From the NCBI GenBank assembly GCA_016432325.1, contig CP066684.1, forward strand, positions 512,001-576,000: DNA of 64,000 bases, in the 5' to 3' direction. The DNA is from Candidatus Aenigmatarchaeota archaeon. Its GTDB lineage: Archaea; Aenigmatarchaeota; Aenigmatarchaeia; PWEA01; JACQIF01. The notes under the pieces are model-generated. The model was not told where the DNA came from. It saw only the letters and a list, made by a program, of their open reading frames with translations, and ran no database searches. Made by a program: the position numbers and the translations under genes. Below are positions 37,639 to 47,701 of the stretch, piece after piece (within the stretch, counting starts at the first letter, position 1; every line of letters begins with the position of its first letter).

Positions 37639-38058
37639 CTATGCGCACCTGGAGGACGCGCCTACAGCAGCGCCAGCGACCGTAACGCGAACCGCGTCAC
37701 CGGAAGCTAACGTAACCGTTCCGGTCTTGGTCGCGCCGACCGCTACCGTTCCTGTCCAGCCGGCACCCGTTGGCGTCACGGCAACCTCGTTCACGTAGAC
37801 CGTTACGTCGGTCACGGCAAACGAGACGCTGCCCGTGTTCCTTATGGTCAGGCTGTTGGCACTGCACGCAAGGGCGTCTATGCTAACCGCCTTCTGCGTG
37901 CTTGCTCCATAGGTCTGGACGTTCTGCGTCCCTGTCTGCTGCGTCTGCGTCAGAGTGCCTGTGCCCCACAGCAAGAATGCCGAGGCCAGCGCAATCACAA
38001 CGAGCACTATCAGCACGTTGGACACTATGTCCGAAATTCCTTTGCTCAAACGTTTCAC
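37639..38058 (-). CDS. archaeal type IV pilin
   Basis: KRLSKG|ISDIVSNVLIVLVVI, IRNTG. Confidence 0.9.
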   Translation of the reverse strand: MKRLSKGISDIVSNVLIVLVVIALASAFLLWGTGTLTQTQQTGTQNVQTYGASTQKAVSIDALACSANSLTIRNTGSVSFAVTDVTVYVNEVAVTPTGAGWTGTVAVGATKTGTVTLASGDAVRVTVAGAAVGASSRCA

Positions 38059-38255
38059 CTTTTCTTGGCTGCCTTGGTTCCCAGTCTGGCGTTTATCGAC
38101 AGCAGGATAAGGGCCATCAGCAGGTTGACGACGAGCGTCAGTCCGCTGACTAGGTTCATGTATCCGCCGGCGATGGACGCCGTCACGACAAGGGCCAATG
38201 CGGCCAGTATGAAAGCTGAGACGTTGCTTGACGAAACGAACTCTTCGGCCTTCAT
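38055..38255 (-). CDS. small two-TM protein coupled to a pilin
   Basis: Stop overlaps the pilin start; similar to 37348..37551. Confidence 0.7.
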   Translation of the reverse strand: MKAEEFVSSSNVSAFILAALALVVTASIAGGYMNLVSGLTLVVNLLMALILLSINARLGTKAAKKR

Positions 38256-38306
38256 GTGCGGAATTGGGATAAGACGGTTTATAAGCGTTATGGGGGGTTA
38301 TAGTCC

Positions 38307-38426
38307 TTATGCCTCTCTCTCGGTCTCTTCCTTCTCGCGCTTCAGCTTCCTTACGGTCGGCACGAGTCCGTCAACGTCCGTTCCCAGACGCTGAGCGAGC
38401 GTCCGAACGACGCGCACAGCGTTCAC
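38307..38426 (-). CDS. 39-aa coiled-coil peptide coupled to alaS
   Basis: GTG overlaps the alaS TGA; MNAVRVVRTLAQRLGTDVDGLVPTVRKLKREKEETEREA. Confidence 0.4.
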   Translation of the reverse strand: MNAVRVVRTLAQRLGTDVDGLVPTVRKLKREKEETEREA

Positions 38427-41101
38427 TTTACCCGTTCCTTTAGCCATTCGACAGCCTCCTCTATCTTTTCCCTCTTTATTGTGCCCTGTCCGAGAACAGG
38501 TGTCCCGCCTCCCTTGCCGCCAACCGTCGCGAAGAGCTCCTTCAGGATGCGGCCGACGTGATAGTCGCGCGCCGCCAGCTCGCCGGCCGAAGCGAACACA
38601 GGAGCGTCCTCGGCGGTTTCGCCTATGAGAAATATCACAGTGTCTTCGCGCGACAGTTCCCCGCTCATCTTCTGCAGGGCGCGCGCGTCTCCTGCGACGT
38701 GGGCGACGAGGACGTGCACGTCACGGATCTCTACGAACGTCATTCCTTCCGCGGCGCGCTTTGCCCTGTGCCCCATCGCCTGTTCGGCTTTCTTTCTCGC
38801 ATCTTTCAGATCCTCCGCGAGCTTTTCTATTGCGTCCGGAACCTCCGCCGACCGTACGTTCAAAAGTTCGCCCAGCTCTTCCAGAACGCCCGCGCATTTG
38901 GATTCATAGTCCTCTGCCGCGCGGCCTGCCACGAAGTGCACGCGCACGATACCGTCCTGCACGCGCTCTGTCCCTGTGATTATTATCTTTCCGACGGTTG
39001 ACGTGTTATCCGAATGCGTGCCTCCGCACGCCTCTATGTCATGATTCTCGATGTTCACTATCCGTATGTCGCCCCAAGGAACACCCCCCTGATAGATTCC
39101 AAAACCGTATTTCGCTTCGGCGTCCTCTGTCGTGTGCACGCTTTTTGTTATGCGCCTGCCCTCGCGAACTATCTTGTTCGCGCGCTCCTCCAGTTCCCCA
39201 AGTTCTTTCTCTGTCAGCGGCTTGTAGTGAGTCACGTCGATGCGCGCGTGGTCCACGTCCTTGAGCGCGCCGTGCTGCCAAGCGTGCGTTCCGAACATCG
39301 CACGCGCGCAGCCGTTGATGATGTGCGTGGCATCGTGGTGCTGCGTTAATTGCATGCGGCGCGGCTCGTCTACTTTGCATCTTACACGGTCTCCGCGCGA
39401 GAGCGCCTTCGCGTCCGCGACCTTGTGGAATACGATTCCGTTGTCCTTCTGAACGTCTGTGACGCGAACCCCGCCTATCGTTCCAGTATCGTACATCTGG
39501 CCGCCCCCTTCGGGGTAGAAAGCCGTTGTGTCGAGAACTATCCATTCGCCCTGAACGTCCGCGACGACAGCGTCGTGTTCCAGCGTTCGCGTATAACAAA
39601 GCTGCTTGGTCGGCGCCAGACTCTCCGTAGAGAACGTCCTCTTTTTTCCCGCTGCCTTCTCTTCCATGTGCTTTTCCGTGACGCGCGCGTAAAAATCGGC
39701 GGGTATCGTGACGTCTATTCCTTCTTTCCTCGCCTCGGCTTCGATGAGCTCTGGCGTGACTCCTTCGGAATCGTAGAGCGTTACTAGCGTTTCGTCCGTT
39801 ATCTTTTGTTTGGACGCGACCAGCGCGGTCACGCGCTTCCTCACCTTCGCTTTCGTATCGGCGAACTTCTTCAGGTCCGTCTCTATTATGTCGCGGACGC
39901 GTTCATCGACCACGAGCTCCGGGTGCATCGCCTTGAGCGAGCGCGCGTGCCAGTCCATCACGTCGAGAAGCGTGTAGTCGAGTCCGTACTCCTCTATCAA
40001 GCCGTGCGCTCTGCGGAGCAGGACGCGCAGGTTGTAGCCTCCGCCGACATTCGATGGGAGTCCGCCGTCGACGAGCGCGAAGAGCAGGGCCTTCGCATGG
40101 TCTGCGATTGTGTAAACGGCTTGCAACGGCCCGATTCCTTTGTTGAGATTGTCAACGCTGACACGCAAGGCCGATGCGATGTCGCTCTTTGCGCGCTTGG
40201 CATCCAGAACGTCCTCAAAGTTCAGCGCTCCGGATATTCTCGAGTATCTCGCAAACAGGTCTCCGTCATATTCGATGCCTTTCTTCATCTTTTCCAGAAC
40301 GGGCCCGAACGCAGAGTCGTATGACGTCAGCGTGCCGTTGAGGTACCAAACCCAGCGGTCGAATCCTGCGCCCATGTCCACGACCGGTCTTGTCAGACGT
40401 TCGCGAACGCCGTTGGTCTCCAAGAACTCCGTGAAGACCGTGTTGCCGAGCTCCAGCCCGTTCGCATGGTACTCCAGAGAGTAACCGAACGCGCCTCCGC
40501 CGGCCCACGCGTCCTCCTTGAACGTGAGCGCGTCGGGCTTGATCCCCAGAACGTTCGTAAGAACTTCCCAGTCCAAACGTATCGCTTCGTCTTTCCAGTA
40601 GCCGTTGCCTTCTGGTATCGCGTGCTGCCCCAGCATCACGAACGCCGAGTGGTGGCGACCTGTGACGCCTATGTTAGGCAGGTCCGTGAAACGCAGGCAG
40701 ACCTGCGGCACGATGAGAGGATTGTGGGGCAGAGCAAACGTGATGCCTTTTGGAGTGCGCCTCTGAAAGTTTATTATCGACGCTATGTTGAAATAGAGGT
40801 CAGGGCGCCATCGGCAGATGACCGGATAGCGCGGCACGCTGGTGTGACCGTTCTTGATGAAGAAACGCTCTACTTGTTTCCACGTTTCGTAGTAGTCCCA
40901 GTCCTTCCTGCGCACTCCGATGAACGAGTAGTCCGCGCACGGGTTCTCTCCGCAGTTCGCCCGCGACGCGTCAAGAGTCCAGAAAAAGCCTTTGCATTTT
41001 TCGCACTGTCTGCGCGCGAAGCCTTCCTTTTCGAAGAGCTCGACCTTCCAGTACTTCTTCCAGTCCTTTTGGAGTTCTTTGATAAGGGCGGATTTGTCCA
41101 T
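38423..41101 (-). CDS. alaS: alanine--tRNA ligase (archaeal type)
   Basis: WAGGG, GGGYNLR, FYPEGGGQ, HDATH, EACGGTH, GGKGGG. Confidence 0.97.
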   Translation of the reverse strand: MDKSALIKELQKDWKKYWKVELFEKEGFARRQCEKCKGFFWTLDASRANCGENPCADYSFIGVRRKDWDYYETWKQVERFFIKNGHTSVPRYPVICRWRPDLYFNIASIINFQRRTPKGITFALPHNPLIVPQVCLRFTDLPNIGVTGRHHSAFVMLGQHAIPEGNGYWKDEAIRLDWEVLTNVLGIKPDALTFKEDAWAGGGAFGYSLEYHANGLELGNTVFTEFLETNGVRERLTRPVVDMGAGFDRWVWYLNGTLTSYDSAFGPVLEKMKKGIEYDGDLFARYSRISGALNFEDVLDAKRAKSDIASALRVSVDNLNKGIGPLQAVYTIADHAKALLFALVDGGLPSNVGGGYNLRVLLRRAHGLIEEYGLDYTLLDVMDWHARSLKAMHPELVVDERVRDIIETDLKKFADTKAKVRKRVTALVASKQKITDETLVTLYDSEGVTPELIEAEARKEGIDVTIPADFYARVTEKHMEEKAAGKKRTFSTESLAPTKQLCYTRTLEHDAVVADVQGEWIVLDTTAFYPEGGGQMYDTGTIGGVRVTDVQKDNGIVFHKVADAKALSRGDRVRCKVDEPRRMQLTQHHDATHIINGCARAMFGTHAWQHGALKDVDHARIDVTHYKPLTEKELGELEERANKIVREGRRITKSVHTTEDAEAKYGFGIYQGGVPWGDIRIVNIENHDIEACGGTHSDNTSTVGKIIITGTERVQDGIVRVHFVAGRAAEDYESKCAGVLEELGELLNVRSAEVPDAIEKLAEDLKDARKKAEQAMGHRAKRAAEGMTFVEIRDVHVLVAHVAGDARALQKMSGELSREDTVIFLIGETAEDAPVFASAGELAARDYHVGRILKELFATVGGKGGGTPVLGQGTIKREKIEEAVEWLKERVK

Positions 41102-41215
41102 AGGAAATCTGAATGCTAGCCAGCGATATATAGATATACGCGCTACGCTGTTGCATGAGCAACGACGCGGCCAATTAGAAAAAAACGAAAAATCAGGTCA
41201 TGCGATTGGCCGCTG

Positions 41216-41947
41216 TCACGGCACGGGCCGTGATAGAATGGAGAGCCCACTCGCGAAAGAGTCGAGGCCCCTCCTGATAGCGGGATTCGCGATGAAATTC
41301 ACCGGCCGCATGCTCTCCCCGCCTGCATAGTTGTTGGCCAAGGCGCCAAAGTATTCCGCTATGCACATGCCGTAGTCCTTCTCGATCCAAGCATCGACTT
41401 CGCCTGTCCCGGCTGCTGAAAGCTTTGCGTTAAGTTCTGCCATGGTAACATCTAGGACGCATGCGTAGACCGTCTGGAATTCGTTGGTTCGAGGATTGTA
41501 ATGCTCGCCTATGAACCGTAACGGATCCTTTCGGAGAACGGAGACCGAGACGCCTGTCTCTTCGGCAACCTCGCGGAAGGCCGTCGATTCTAATGGCTCG
41601 GGCTCGTACCGATCCGCAATAAGAACGGCCGCCCTCTGGCCTGCGACACTTGCGAGATCAATCTTGCCCGGCTCCCACTTCTTTTGTAACCCGCGGCGTT
41701 GCAGGAACACCGTACCTCTATTTGTAAAGAGTAGAACAATGACCGAATCATTGGCCAACTGCCCTTTGAATGCCCGCGGGAAAACGGCATCCTTTCCATG
41801 GGCGAACAACGGTTCCTCTAACGTAACCGCACCCGTAACTTGTTGCCGTAACCCGATTCCATCGGCAGTTACCGATTGGATTTCGAACCCTTCTGCGACG
41901 AGCACTGGCGTCCTAAGGCCATCCACAAGCCTCTCTCTGAACTTCAT
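41216..41947 (-). CDS. NUDIX hydrolase (IDI-like)
   Basis: LQRRG..K...PG, AFREVAEETG. Confidence 0.8.
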   Translation of the reverse strand: MKFRERLVDGLRTPVLVAEGFEIQSVTADGIGLRQQVTGAVTLEEPLFAHGKDAVFPRAFKGQLANDSVIVLLFTNRGTVFLQRRGLQKKWEPGKIDLASVAGQRAAVLIADRYEPEPLESTAFREVAEETGVSVSVLRKDPLRFIGEHYNPRTNEFQTVYACVLDVTMAELNAKLSAAGTGEVDAWIEKDYGMCIAEYFGALANNYAGGESMRPVNFIANPAIRRGLDSFASGLSILSRPVP

Positions 41948-42025
41948 GGTTTGAAATGTTTCTCCGGAGCATATATGATTGACTCCGTCGTATCTGCTGG
42001 AGCCCGAGAGTCCGGATTTGGAACT

Positions 42026-42283
42026 ATGGCGGAGAAAAGGACAGCGACAAGACCGCCTTTCATCATGCGCGGAAAAACCATTTCCGCGACATGGGAGACG
42101 AGCATCAAACGAGTCCTGAGGTCAGGACAAGCGGTTCCGAGCGAGCGCGGCGGCATGTGCCTCGACGGTGTGCCCTTCGAATACGCCCTCGGCGACAAGA
42201 ATTTCAGCTCGCAGCTCAAGAAAGACTACCAGACGTTCGAGAGAAAGCCGTGGACATCCAACAGAAAGGATATTCAATTCTGA
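42026..42283 (+). CDS. short protein resembling an archaeal thymidylate-synthase N-terminus (possible remnant)
   Basis: IMRGKTISATWE.SIKRVLRSGQ.VPSERG; only 85 aa. Confidence 0.4.
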   Translation: MAEKRTATRPPFIMRGKTISATWETSIKRVLRSGQAVPSERGGMCLDGVPFEYALGDKNFSSQLKKDYQTFERKPWTSNRKDIQF

Positions 42284-42322
42284 CTATAGATTCCACTGTC
42301 GAGGTAAAAAAAGCGGCTCCCA

Positions 42323-42625
42323 TCATCCGAACAGTCCGGCGAGTCCTTCAGCTGCTTCCTCTTCCTTCTTCTCGTCTTTCTTCTCTTCCTTCTTCTCTGC
42401 GTGCGCTCCTGCTGCTGGCGCTGCGGCCGGCGCGGCTACTGCGACTGGCATCGCGGCCTTCTCTATGGCGGCCTTGATGTCCACTCCTTGTAGCGCTGCT
42501 ACGAGCGCTTTGACGCGCGCTTCGTCCGCGTGCTCGCCTGTGGCGTCAAGCACTTTTTTAAGGTGCGTCTCGTCGACGGGCTTGCCGGCGCTGTGGAGCA
42601 ACAGAGCTGCGTGTATATACTCCAT
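42323..42625 (-). CDS. rpl12: 50S ribosomal protein P1/L12
   Basis: [11 protein letters not shown]...[12 protein letters not shown]. Confidence 0.97.
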   Translation of the reverse strand: MEYIHAALLLHSAGKPVDETHLKKVLDATGEHADEARVKALVAALQGVDIKAAIEKAAMPVAVAAPAAAPAAGAHAEKKEEKKDEKKEEEAAEGLAGLFG

Positions 42626-42626
42626 T

Positions 42627-43559
42627 TTATTTCACCTGTTCTTTTTGTTCTCCTTCTGGAGGAGCTTGAACCGATTCTTGAGGGACCTGCGCCTTGAGCG
42701 CGACGAACTCGCGCGCGTGCTTCGCGAGAAGCTCTTCGATGACGCCCTTCTCGTACGCGCCGCTCTCGACCGCGACAGCGCGCGCCTCGCGGTAGGCCTT
42801 TTGTATTGCGAGCGGGGCCGTCTGCGCGGTGATGTATCCTGCGTTGAGCGAGAGGTTTATCGCGGCGGTTATCGCCTGCGCCAGAGACGCGTTGAACGCC
42901 GCCTCGTCGATGCGCAGAACGCTCTTATCGTAGACGAGCCCGCCTTCATAGACAGCCACCATGTCGAGCCCGATTTCCATCGGCTTGATGCTCAGCATGT
43001 TCAATACGTTAACAATCTCCGGCTTGATGGCTTCGCCGTACTTGGTGACGATTTTGTCTTCCATGATGTGAATCTTTCCGCCAACTACTTTGGCCTTCAA
43101 ACCTGCGGACGAGAACGTGCCTATCGCCGGACCCGGAGGCATGCCTGTGTCGCCACCCTTGACCAGTATGTCTTTGGGCGCGATGTCTCCTGCCTTTGCC
43201 GGAGCTTCTGACTTGTTCTGCTCGAGAAACTTGAAAAGAGAGAACGGGTTCATGTCGCTGAATATCATCGCAGGCTGGACGTGCGGCTTTGCGAGATATT
43301 CGTCCATCGCCTTCAGTTCTTTCTGGTTGAGACCGTCAATCGCGTGCTGGAATATCGCCTTTTTGGTCGTAAAAATCTTCGCCTTGCCGTCGAGCTTGAG
43401 GCGCATCTCCTGCAGCTGCGCGGCCGGCAGCTTGTGGATGTTTATCAGCCCTATGACCGAGTGTTTCTTCACGTTTTCCTGGACCGTCGCGACGCCCTCG
43501 ACCTTCGCGGGGCTCAGTCCTTCGCGGCCTTTGCGTTTCGCTACTGCGTGAGACATCAT
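42627..43559 (-). CDS. rpl10: 50S ribosomal protein P0/L10
   Basis: [22 protein letters not shown]; lies between rpl1 and rpl12. Confidence 0.96.
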   Translation of the reverse strand: MMSHAVAKRKGREGLSPAKVEGVATVQENVKKHSVIGLINIHKLPAAQLQEMRLKLDGKAKIFTTKKAIFQHAIDGLNQKELKAMDEYLAKPHVQPAMIFSDMNPFSLFKFLEQNKSEAPAKAGDIAPKDILVKGGDTGMPPGPAIGTFSSAGLKAKVVGGKIHIMEDKIVTKYGEAIKPEIVNVLNMLSIKPMEIGLDMVAVYEGGLVYDKSVLRIDEAAFNASLAQAITAAINLSLNAGYITAQTAPLAIQKAYREARAVAVESGAYEKGVIEELLAKHAREFVALKAQVPQESVQAPPEGEQKEQVK

Positions 43560-44191
43560 ACCACCCTTATGCTCGGTCCCATCGTCAGCTTGACGTACAC
43601 GGAACCGAGTTGCTGTTTGCCTTTTGGAAGATTCTTTTCCAAGGCGTCTAGTATCGCGCGCACGTTCTCCTCTATCTTGTGGTCTTCCATGTCCTCCTTT
43701 CCGACCACCGCGTGTATCAGAGGCGTTTTGGGGCTTATCACGAGAGTCTTGGACGCGGACGCTACCAGAGTCTTGAGGTCTGCGCCTGCGGGGAACGGGC
43801 GGGGCATCTTTCCTCTCGGAGCGAGCACCGGCCCGAGACGCTTGCCGACCTCGGCCATGAGCGACGCCTCGGCCAGAAGCAAATCGTAGTCGGCGAGATG
43901 CTTGCCGCTTTCCTTGTCGAGCTTGAGCAGGTCCTGCTTGACGAGAACGTCTATTCCTTCCACTTTTCGCGCTTCCGGGGCCATGGAGTCTGCGAGCACG
44001 AGCACACGACCTGCTTTCCCGCGGCCGTGCGGGAGAATTACGTTCGCCGTGAAGCGGTTCTCGGTCTTGGCGAAGTCTATGCTCTTGAGATTGATGGAGA
44101 GGTCCACTGTCTGCACGAAGTTGCGCTTCTGTCCTGCGCGAGCCTTCTGGATAGAGCCTAGTATGTCTGTCTTCTGCTGTTGCTTCGCCAT
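43556..44191 (-). CDS. rpl1: 50S ribosomal protein L1
   Basis: RNFVQTVDL, LGPVLAPRGKMP, KLTMGP. Confidence 0.97.
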   Translation of the reverse strand: MAKQQQKTDILGSIQKARAGQKRNFVQTVDLSINLKSIDFAKTENRFTANVILPHGRGKAGRVLVLADSMAPEARKVEGIDVLVKQDLLKLDKESGKHLADYDLLLAEASLMAEVGKRLGPVLAPRGKMPRPFPAGADLKTLVASASKTLVISPKTPLIHAVVGKEDMEDHKIEENVRAILDALEKNLPKGKQQLGSVYVKLTMGPSIRVV

Positions 44192-44387
44192 CTACTGGTC
44201 CCTCATAATCGTCTGAGCTGTAGATATGAAACCCGATGGTTTCATGAACAACCTCCTATCCGTCAAGAACGCAATGGCGTCCGGATAGTGAACGGTTCGA
44301 CCTTTCTGGTCGCTTAAGGTATTTAAGGTTGTTTTGCGCGCGTTCGCCCGCGAACAAGGATTTATAGATTTCTATCTAAGGACTGTT

Positions 44388-45023
44388 ATGGCAATCCCGT
44401 CGGCAGGCGCGGCGCAACCCGCAGGAGGCGCGGCAGAAAGACCGTCGCCGCTGTTCTATCACCTTCCTGAAGACATCGAGATCATGATTGGTATAGTTGA
44501 AAAAGCGCTGCAGGAAAAACTCCACATGGACGAAGCGTATCTAATAGCGCCTCTCCGTCTCTATCAAGAGGATGAAGTTGCGCCTGAAACAAGACTGCAT
44601 GTAGATGCACGGACTCACTGGGAAAACAAGTACAGGCTCAAATGGTCCAGAGACGCGCCTTTTAACAAAAACTCGGCGAGAACGAGCTACACTCAGGAAA
44701 GCAATTCCGACAGAGACCAGCACGAACGCCCTTCGATTGGAGAGCTCGTACTCGACGGCAAGAAACCATCCAGTGTTGTTTTCTATAGCCTCGACGAAAA
44801 GAAAGACAGGAAGCTACTGATCGATTTCCTCAGGGCTGGCTACAGAGGCTCGTTGCAGTTTTCCCTATCCGCTCTCGACGATGTCGATATCTATCACTTC
44901 AGCCCACAGTTTGTCAAGATTGAAACGGCTCACAATGTGACGCCGCCTAAATTGTCCAGAGTTACAGAATTTGTAGAGGTCCTGAACTTGCGGAAGTTCG
45001 CCGCTCACGAGCTTCCGGAATGA
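44388..45023 (+). CDS. hypothetical protein
   Basis: 211-aa ORF; TTTATA box about 27 nt upstream. Confidence 0.6.
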   Translation: MAIPSAGAAQPAGGAAERPSPLFYHLPEDIEIMIGIVEKALQEKLHMDEAYLIAPLRLYQEDEVAPETRLHVDARTHWENKYRLKWSRDAPFNKNSARTSYTQESNSDRDQHERPSIGELVLDGKKPSSVVFYSLDEKKDRKLLIDFLRAGYRGSLQFSLSALDDVDIYHFSPQFVKIETAHNVTPPKLSRVTEFVEVLNLRKFAAHELPE

Positions 45024-46021
45024 ACGCGCTCGCGCCTGTACACGTGCCTCAGCACTTCCTGCCACATCGGCTCGATGCCTTCGCGCGTAACAGCCGAAAC
45101 GGCAAGCGTCCCTTCGACTCGCGCGACATCGCACTTGTTGTAAACGGCAATAATCGGTTTCTTGTAAGTCGCCTTGATTTCCTTGTACAGGGCTTCCTGC
45201 TGTTCGAGAGGATATGTATCCGTCGGGTCGTACACGTAAACGATAACAGACGCCACGTGGCTCAGAGCCGCGATAGCCTGCTTCTCTATGCGGTTCCGGT
45301 CCTTCAGCGGGCGGTCCAAGAGCCCCGGCGTATCGACTATCTGCACGTCCCCGTAGCGGCCTTCGGCATACGAAACCATCAGGCCTTTTGTAGTAAAGGG
45401 GTACGGCTGTATCTCAGGGCGCGAGCCAGTCAAAGCCGCGAGAAGGGAAGATTTCCCAACGTTCGGCAGGCCTGCGATGACGACAGTAGGGAGATCCTTG
45501 AGGTTAGGCACATTCGTGAGCATTGCCTTGCACTCGATGAGATACGCCAGGTCTTTCTTGACCTTGTCCACTGTCGCGGACGCGATGCCGTAGAATTCTA
45601 TGCGCAGGCGGTTCATCGTGTGGAACTCCCTCGCGTTGCGCAGGCGGCCCGTGTACTTGCTTTGCTGCGTCCCGATCTCCGCGGCTGCCCATTTCAAAGC
45701 GCCCAGCGCCTTCTTGAAGCGGTCTACGTCCACGAGCACCGCGACGAGGTCCTGCTGGAAAGGCGGAAGCTTGTCGTATGAGAACGTGTTCGTTACGACC
45801 TCCTGCAGCTCTGAAACGAGAACGTCGCCTGATATTCCTATGCGTATGCTCTCTTTCTCGCGCGCGGCCCAAAGCCTCCCTCTCTTTTCCTGTTCTTCTG
45901 TCTGGCCTTCCGCCGCCCGCACCACAGAGGCGCGCTTGGACGCGCGGCTGAACGCCCTGTCGAGCAGTATCTTCTTCGTCGGCACGTCGGGCATCCGTAT
46001 CCTTTCGGTCACTTCTTCCAT
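45005..46021 (-). CDS. NOG1-family GTPase
   Basis: GLPNVGKSS, YPFTTK, DTPGLLDR, NKCD. Confidence 0.95.
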   Translation of the reverse strand: MEEVTERIRMPDVPTKKILLDRAFSRASKRASVVRAAEGQTEEQEKRGRLWAAREKESIRIGISGDVLVSELQEVVTNTFSYDKLPPFQQDLVAVLVDVDRFKKALGALKWAAAEIGTQQSKYTGRLRNAREFHTMNRLRIEFYGIASATVDKVKKDLAYLIECKAMLTNVPNLKDLPTVVIAGLPNVGKSSLLAALTGSRPEIQPYPFTTKGLMVSYAEGRYGDVQIVDTPGLLDRPLKDRNRIEKQAIAALSHVASVIVYVYDPTDTYPLEQQEALYKEIKATYKKPIIAVYNKCDVARVEGTLAVSAVTREGIEPMWQEVLRHVYRRERVHSGSS

Positions 46022-46109
46022 AGCGTAGTTTCACCCTTTCTTGAGACGCGACTTCTTTGCTAGCAACTGCGCCAGACGGCTTTTAATAGGCAGCGGCGTC
46101 ACGCTTACC

Positions 46110-46592
46110 ATGTTCGGCATTGGGTCCCCCGGCAAGACGCGTTCCCAGAAGAACGTGGCTCTGTACGTCGACGGTCCCAACCTTCTTCGCAAGGAGCTCA
46201 GCACAGACCTCAACGCGCTGCGCGAGACTGTAAAGAAATACGGACGGCTCGTGACGGCAAAGGTTTTCCTGAACCAGTTCACCCCGCAGAAGATGATTGA
46301 AGCCGTGGCTAACCAAGGGTGGGAACCCGTCGTCGTGATGGCAGGCGCTGCGCGCGAGGAGAAGAGCGACGTGGACGCGATGATGGGCGCTTCCATCATG
46401 GAAGGGGTTCTGGATGCGAAGGTCGACGTCATCGTGGTCGCTACCAGAGACGCCGACTTCACGCCCGTGGTTTTGAAGGCCAAAGCGTACGGGAAGGAGA
46501 CCGTAGTGATAGGCGCCGAGCCCTCGTTTTCCGTGGCCTTGAGGAACGCGGCGGACCATGTGGAAACGCTCAACGGCGCAGAGATGGCGTAA
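46110..46592 (+). CDS. NYN-domain protein (TIGR00288-like)
   Basis: YVDGPN, DVD, TRDADF, FSVALRNAAD. Confidence 0.9.
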   Translation: MFGIGSPGKTRSQKNVALYVDGPNLLRKELSTDLNALRETVKKYGRLVTAKVFLNQFTPQKMIEAVANQGWEPVVVMAGAAREEKSDVDAMMGASIMEGVLDAKVDVIVVATRDADFTPVVLKAKAYGKETVVIGAEPSFSVALRNAADHVETLNGAEMA

Positions 46593-46625
46593 AGGTTTTC
46601 TTCTGGCACCGCGGTTTTTCCACAC

Positions 46626-47094
46626 TTACCACCGCAGTGGTAGTGCCTGTTTTATATGTTACCAGAGACCCTAAGCTTGTATGGCGTCTGGAAAGGAACT
46701 GTTCCTGAATGCGCTCGTTGTAATAGCAGGCATCCTGACTGCGATACTGCAGATCTATCGCGCGGGCGATGTAGCAAACTTAGTCCTGTTGGGCGCGCTC
46801 CTTATGTTTGTCGTAGTCTACTTTATATATAATTGGCTACGAGAGTATTTCGATAAGATAGAAAAACTCGAAGAGTCTGCGAATAGACTTGAGGGGAGAC
46901 TGGATTATATGAACGAACTGCATGACATCGAAAAGAGAACGGCCCTTCTTGAATACAAGGCCAGTCTGAAAGGCGCGATAGATCCCCGTTACATCATAGT
47001 GGCTATCATACTCTTCCTCTTCGTACTCTACCTGAGAACCGCGGGCTTTATCTGACGAATCCGGTCGAAAACTCCGTATTACCACCGCAGTGGT
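46626..47094. repeat. 16-bp direct repeat TTACCACCGCAGTGGT flanking a membrane-protein gene
   Basis: Identical copies at 46626-46641 and 47079-47094. Confidence 0.8.
46681..47055 (+). CDS. membrane protein with central coiled coil
   Basis: 2 TM + coiled coil + 1 TM; AT-richer than neighbours. Confidence 0.75.
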   Translation: MASGKELFLNALVVIAGILTAILQIYRAGDVANLVLLGALLMFVVVYFIYNWLREYFDKIEKLEESANRLEGRLDYMNELHDIEKRTALLEYKASLKGAIDPRYIIVAIILFLFVLYLRTAGFI

Positions 47095-47125
47095 CGAAAA
47101 AGCTTGACCTTCCCGGCCGCACAAT

Positions 47126-47671
47126 ATGGGCATGAAACTCGGTTACGCGGTCGTCGCAATTCTGCTCGTAGCTAACGCCTACCAGTTCTTGGAGAGGCCT
47201 GCGATGCCGCAGGAGGGAGAAGCCGTTCTCGTGACGGACGACGACTACTTCAGCGTCGCGTACTCCCTGATAGAAAACGCCAATGAGTCTTTATACGTAA
47301 TAGCGTTCGAGATGAAATATTACAGGAACTATCCTGATTCCAAGCCGAACCAACTCGTAAACGCTCTGATAGCCGCGGAGAGGCGAGGCGTCGACGTGCG
47401 CGTCGTCACTGACGAATATCTCAACCAGTACGGAGACGACGCGACCGCGGTTGTGAGGCTTCTGCGCGCCAACGGAGTGGACGCGAAGCTCGACGGCTCT
47501 GAACGCACCACCCACGCGAAGGTGCTGGTTGTCGACGGAACGTACGTTCTGATAGGTTCGACCAACTGGTCTCACACGTCGATGGAAAAGAACGCCGAGG
47601 CGAACGTTTTGGTGCGCTCGAGAGGGTTGGCCAAGGATATGGAAGCATACTTCGAAAGCCTAGCATCATAG
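47126..47671 (+). CDS. phospholipase D-family nuclease (single HKD), membrane-anchored
   Basis: HAKVLVVD, GSTNWS, N.E. Confidence 0.9.
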   Translation: MGMKLGYAVVAILLVANAYQFLERPAMPQEGEAVLVTDDDYFSVAYSLIENANESLYVIAFEMKYYRNYPDSKPNQLVNALIAAERRGVDVRVVTDEYLNQYGDDATAVVRLLRANGVDAKLDGSERTTHAKVLVVDGTYVLIGSTNWSHTSMEKNAEANVLVRSRGLAKDMEAYFESLAS

Positions 47672-47701
47672 GTTTTATATCCGAATCCACAATCTTTCCA
47701 C

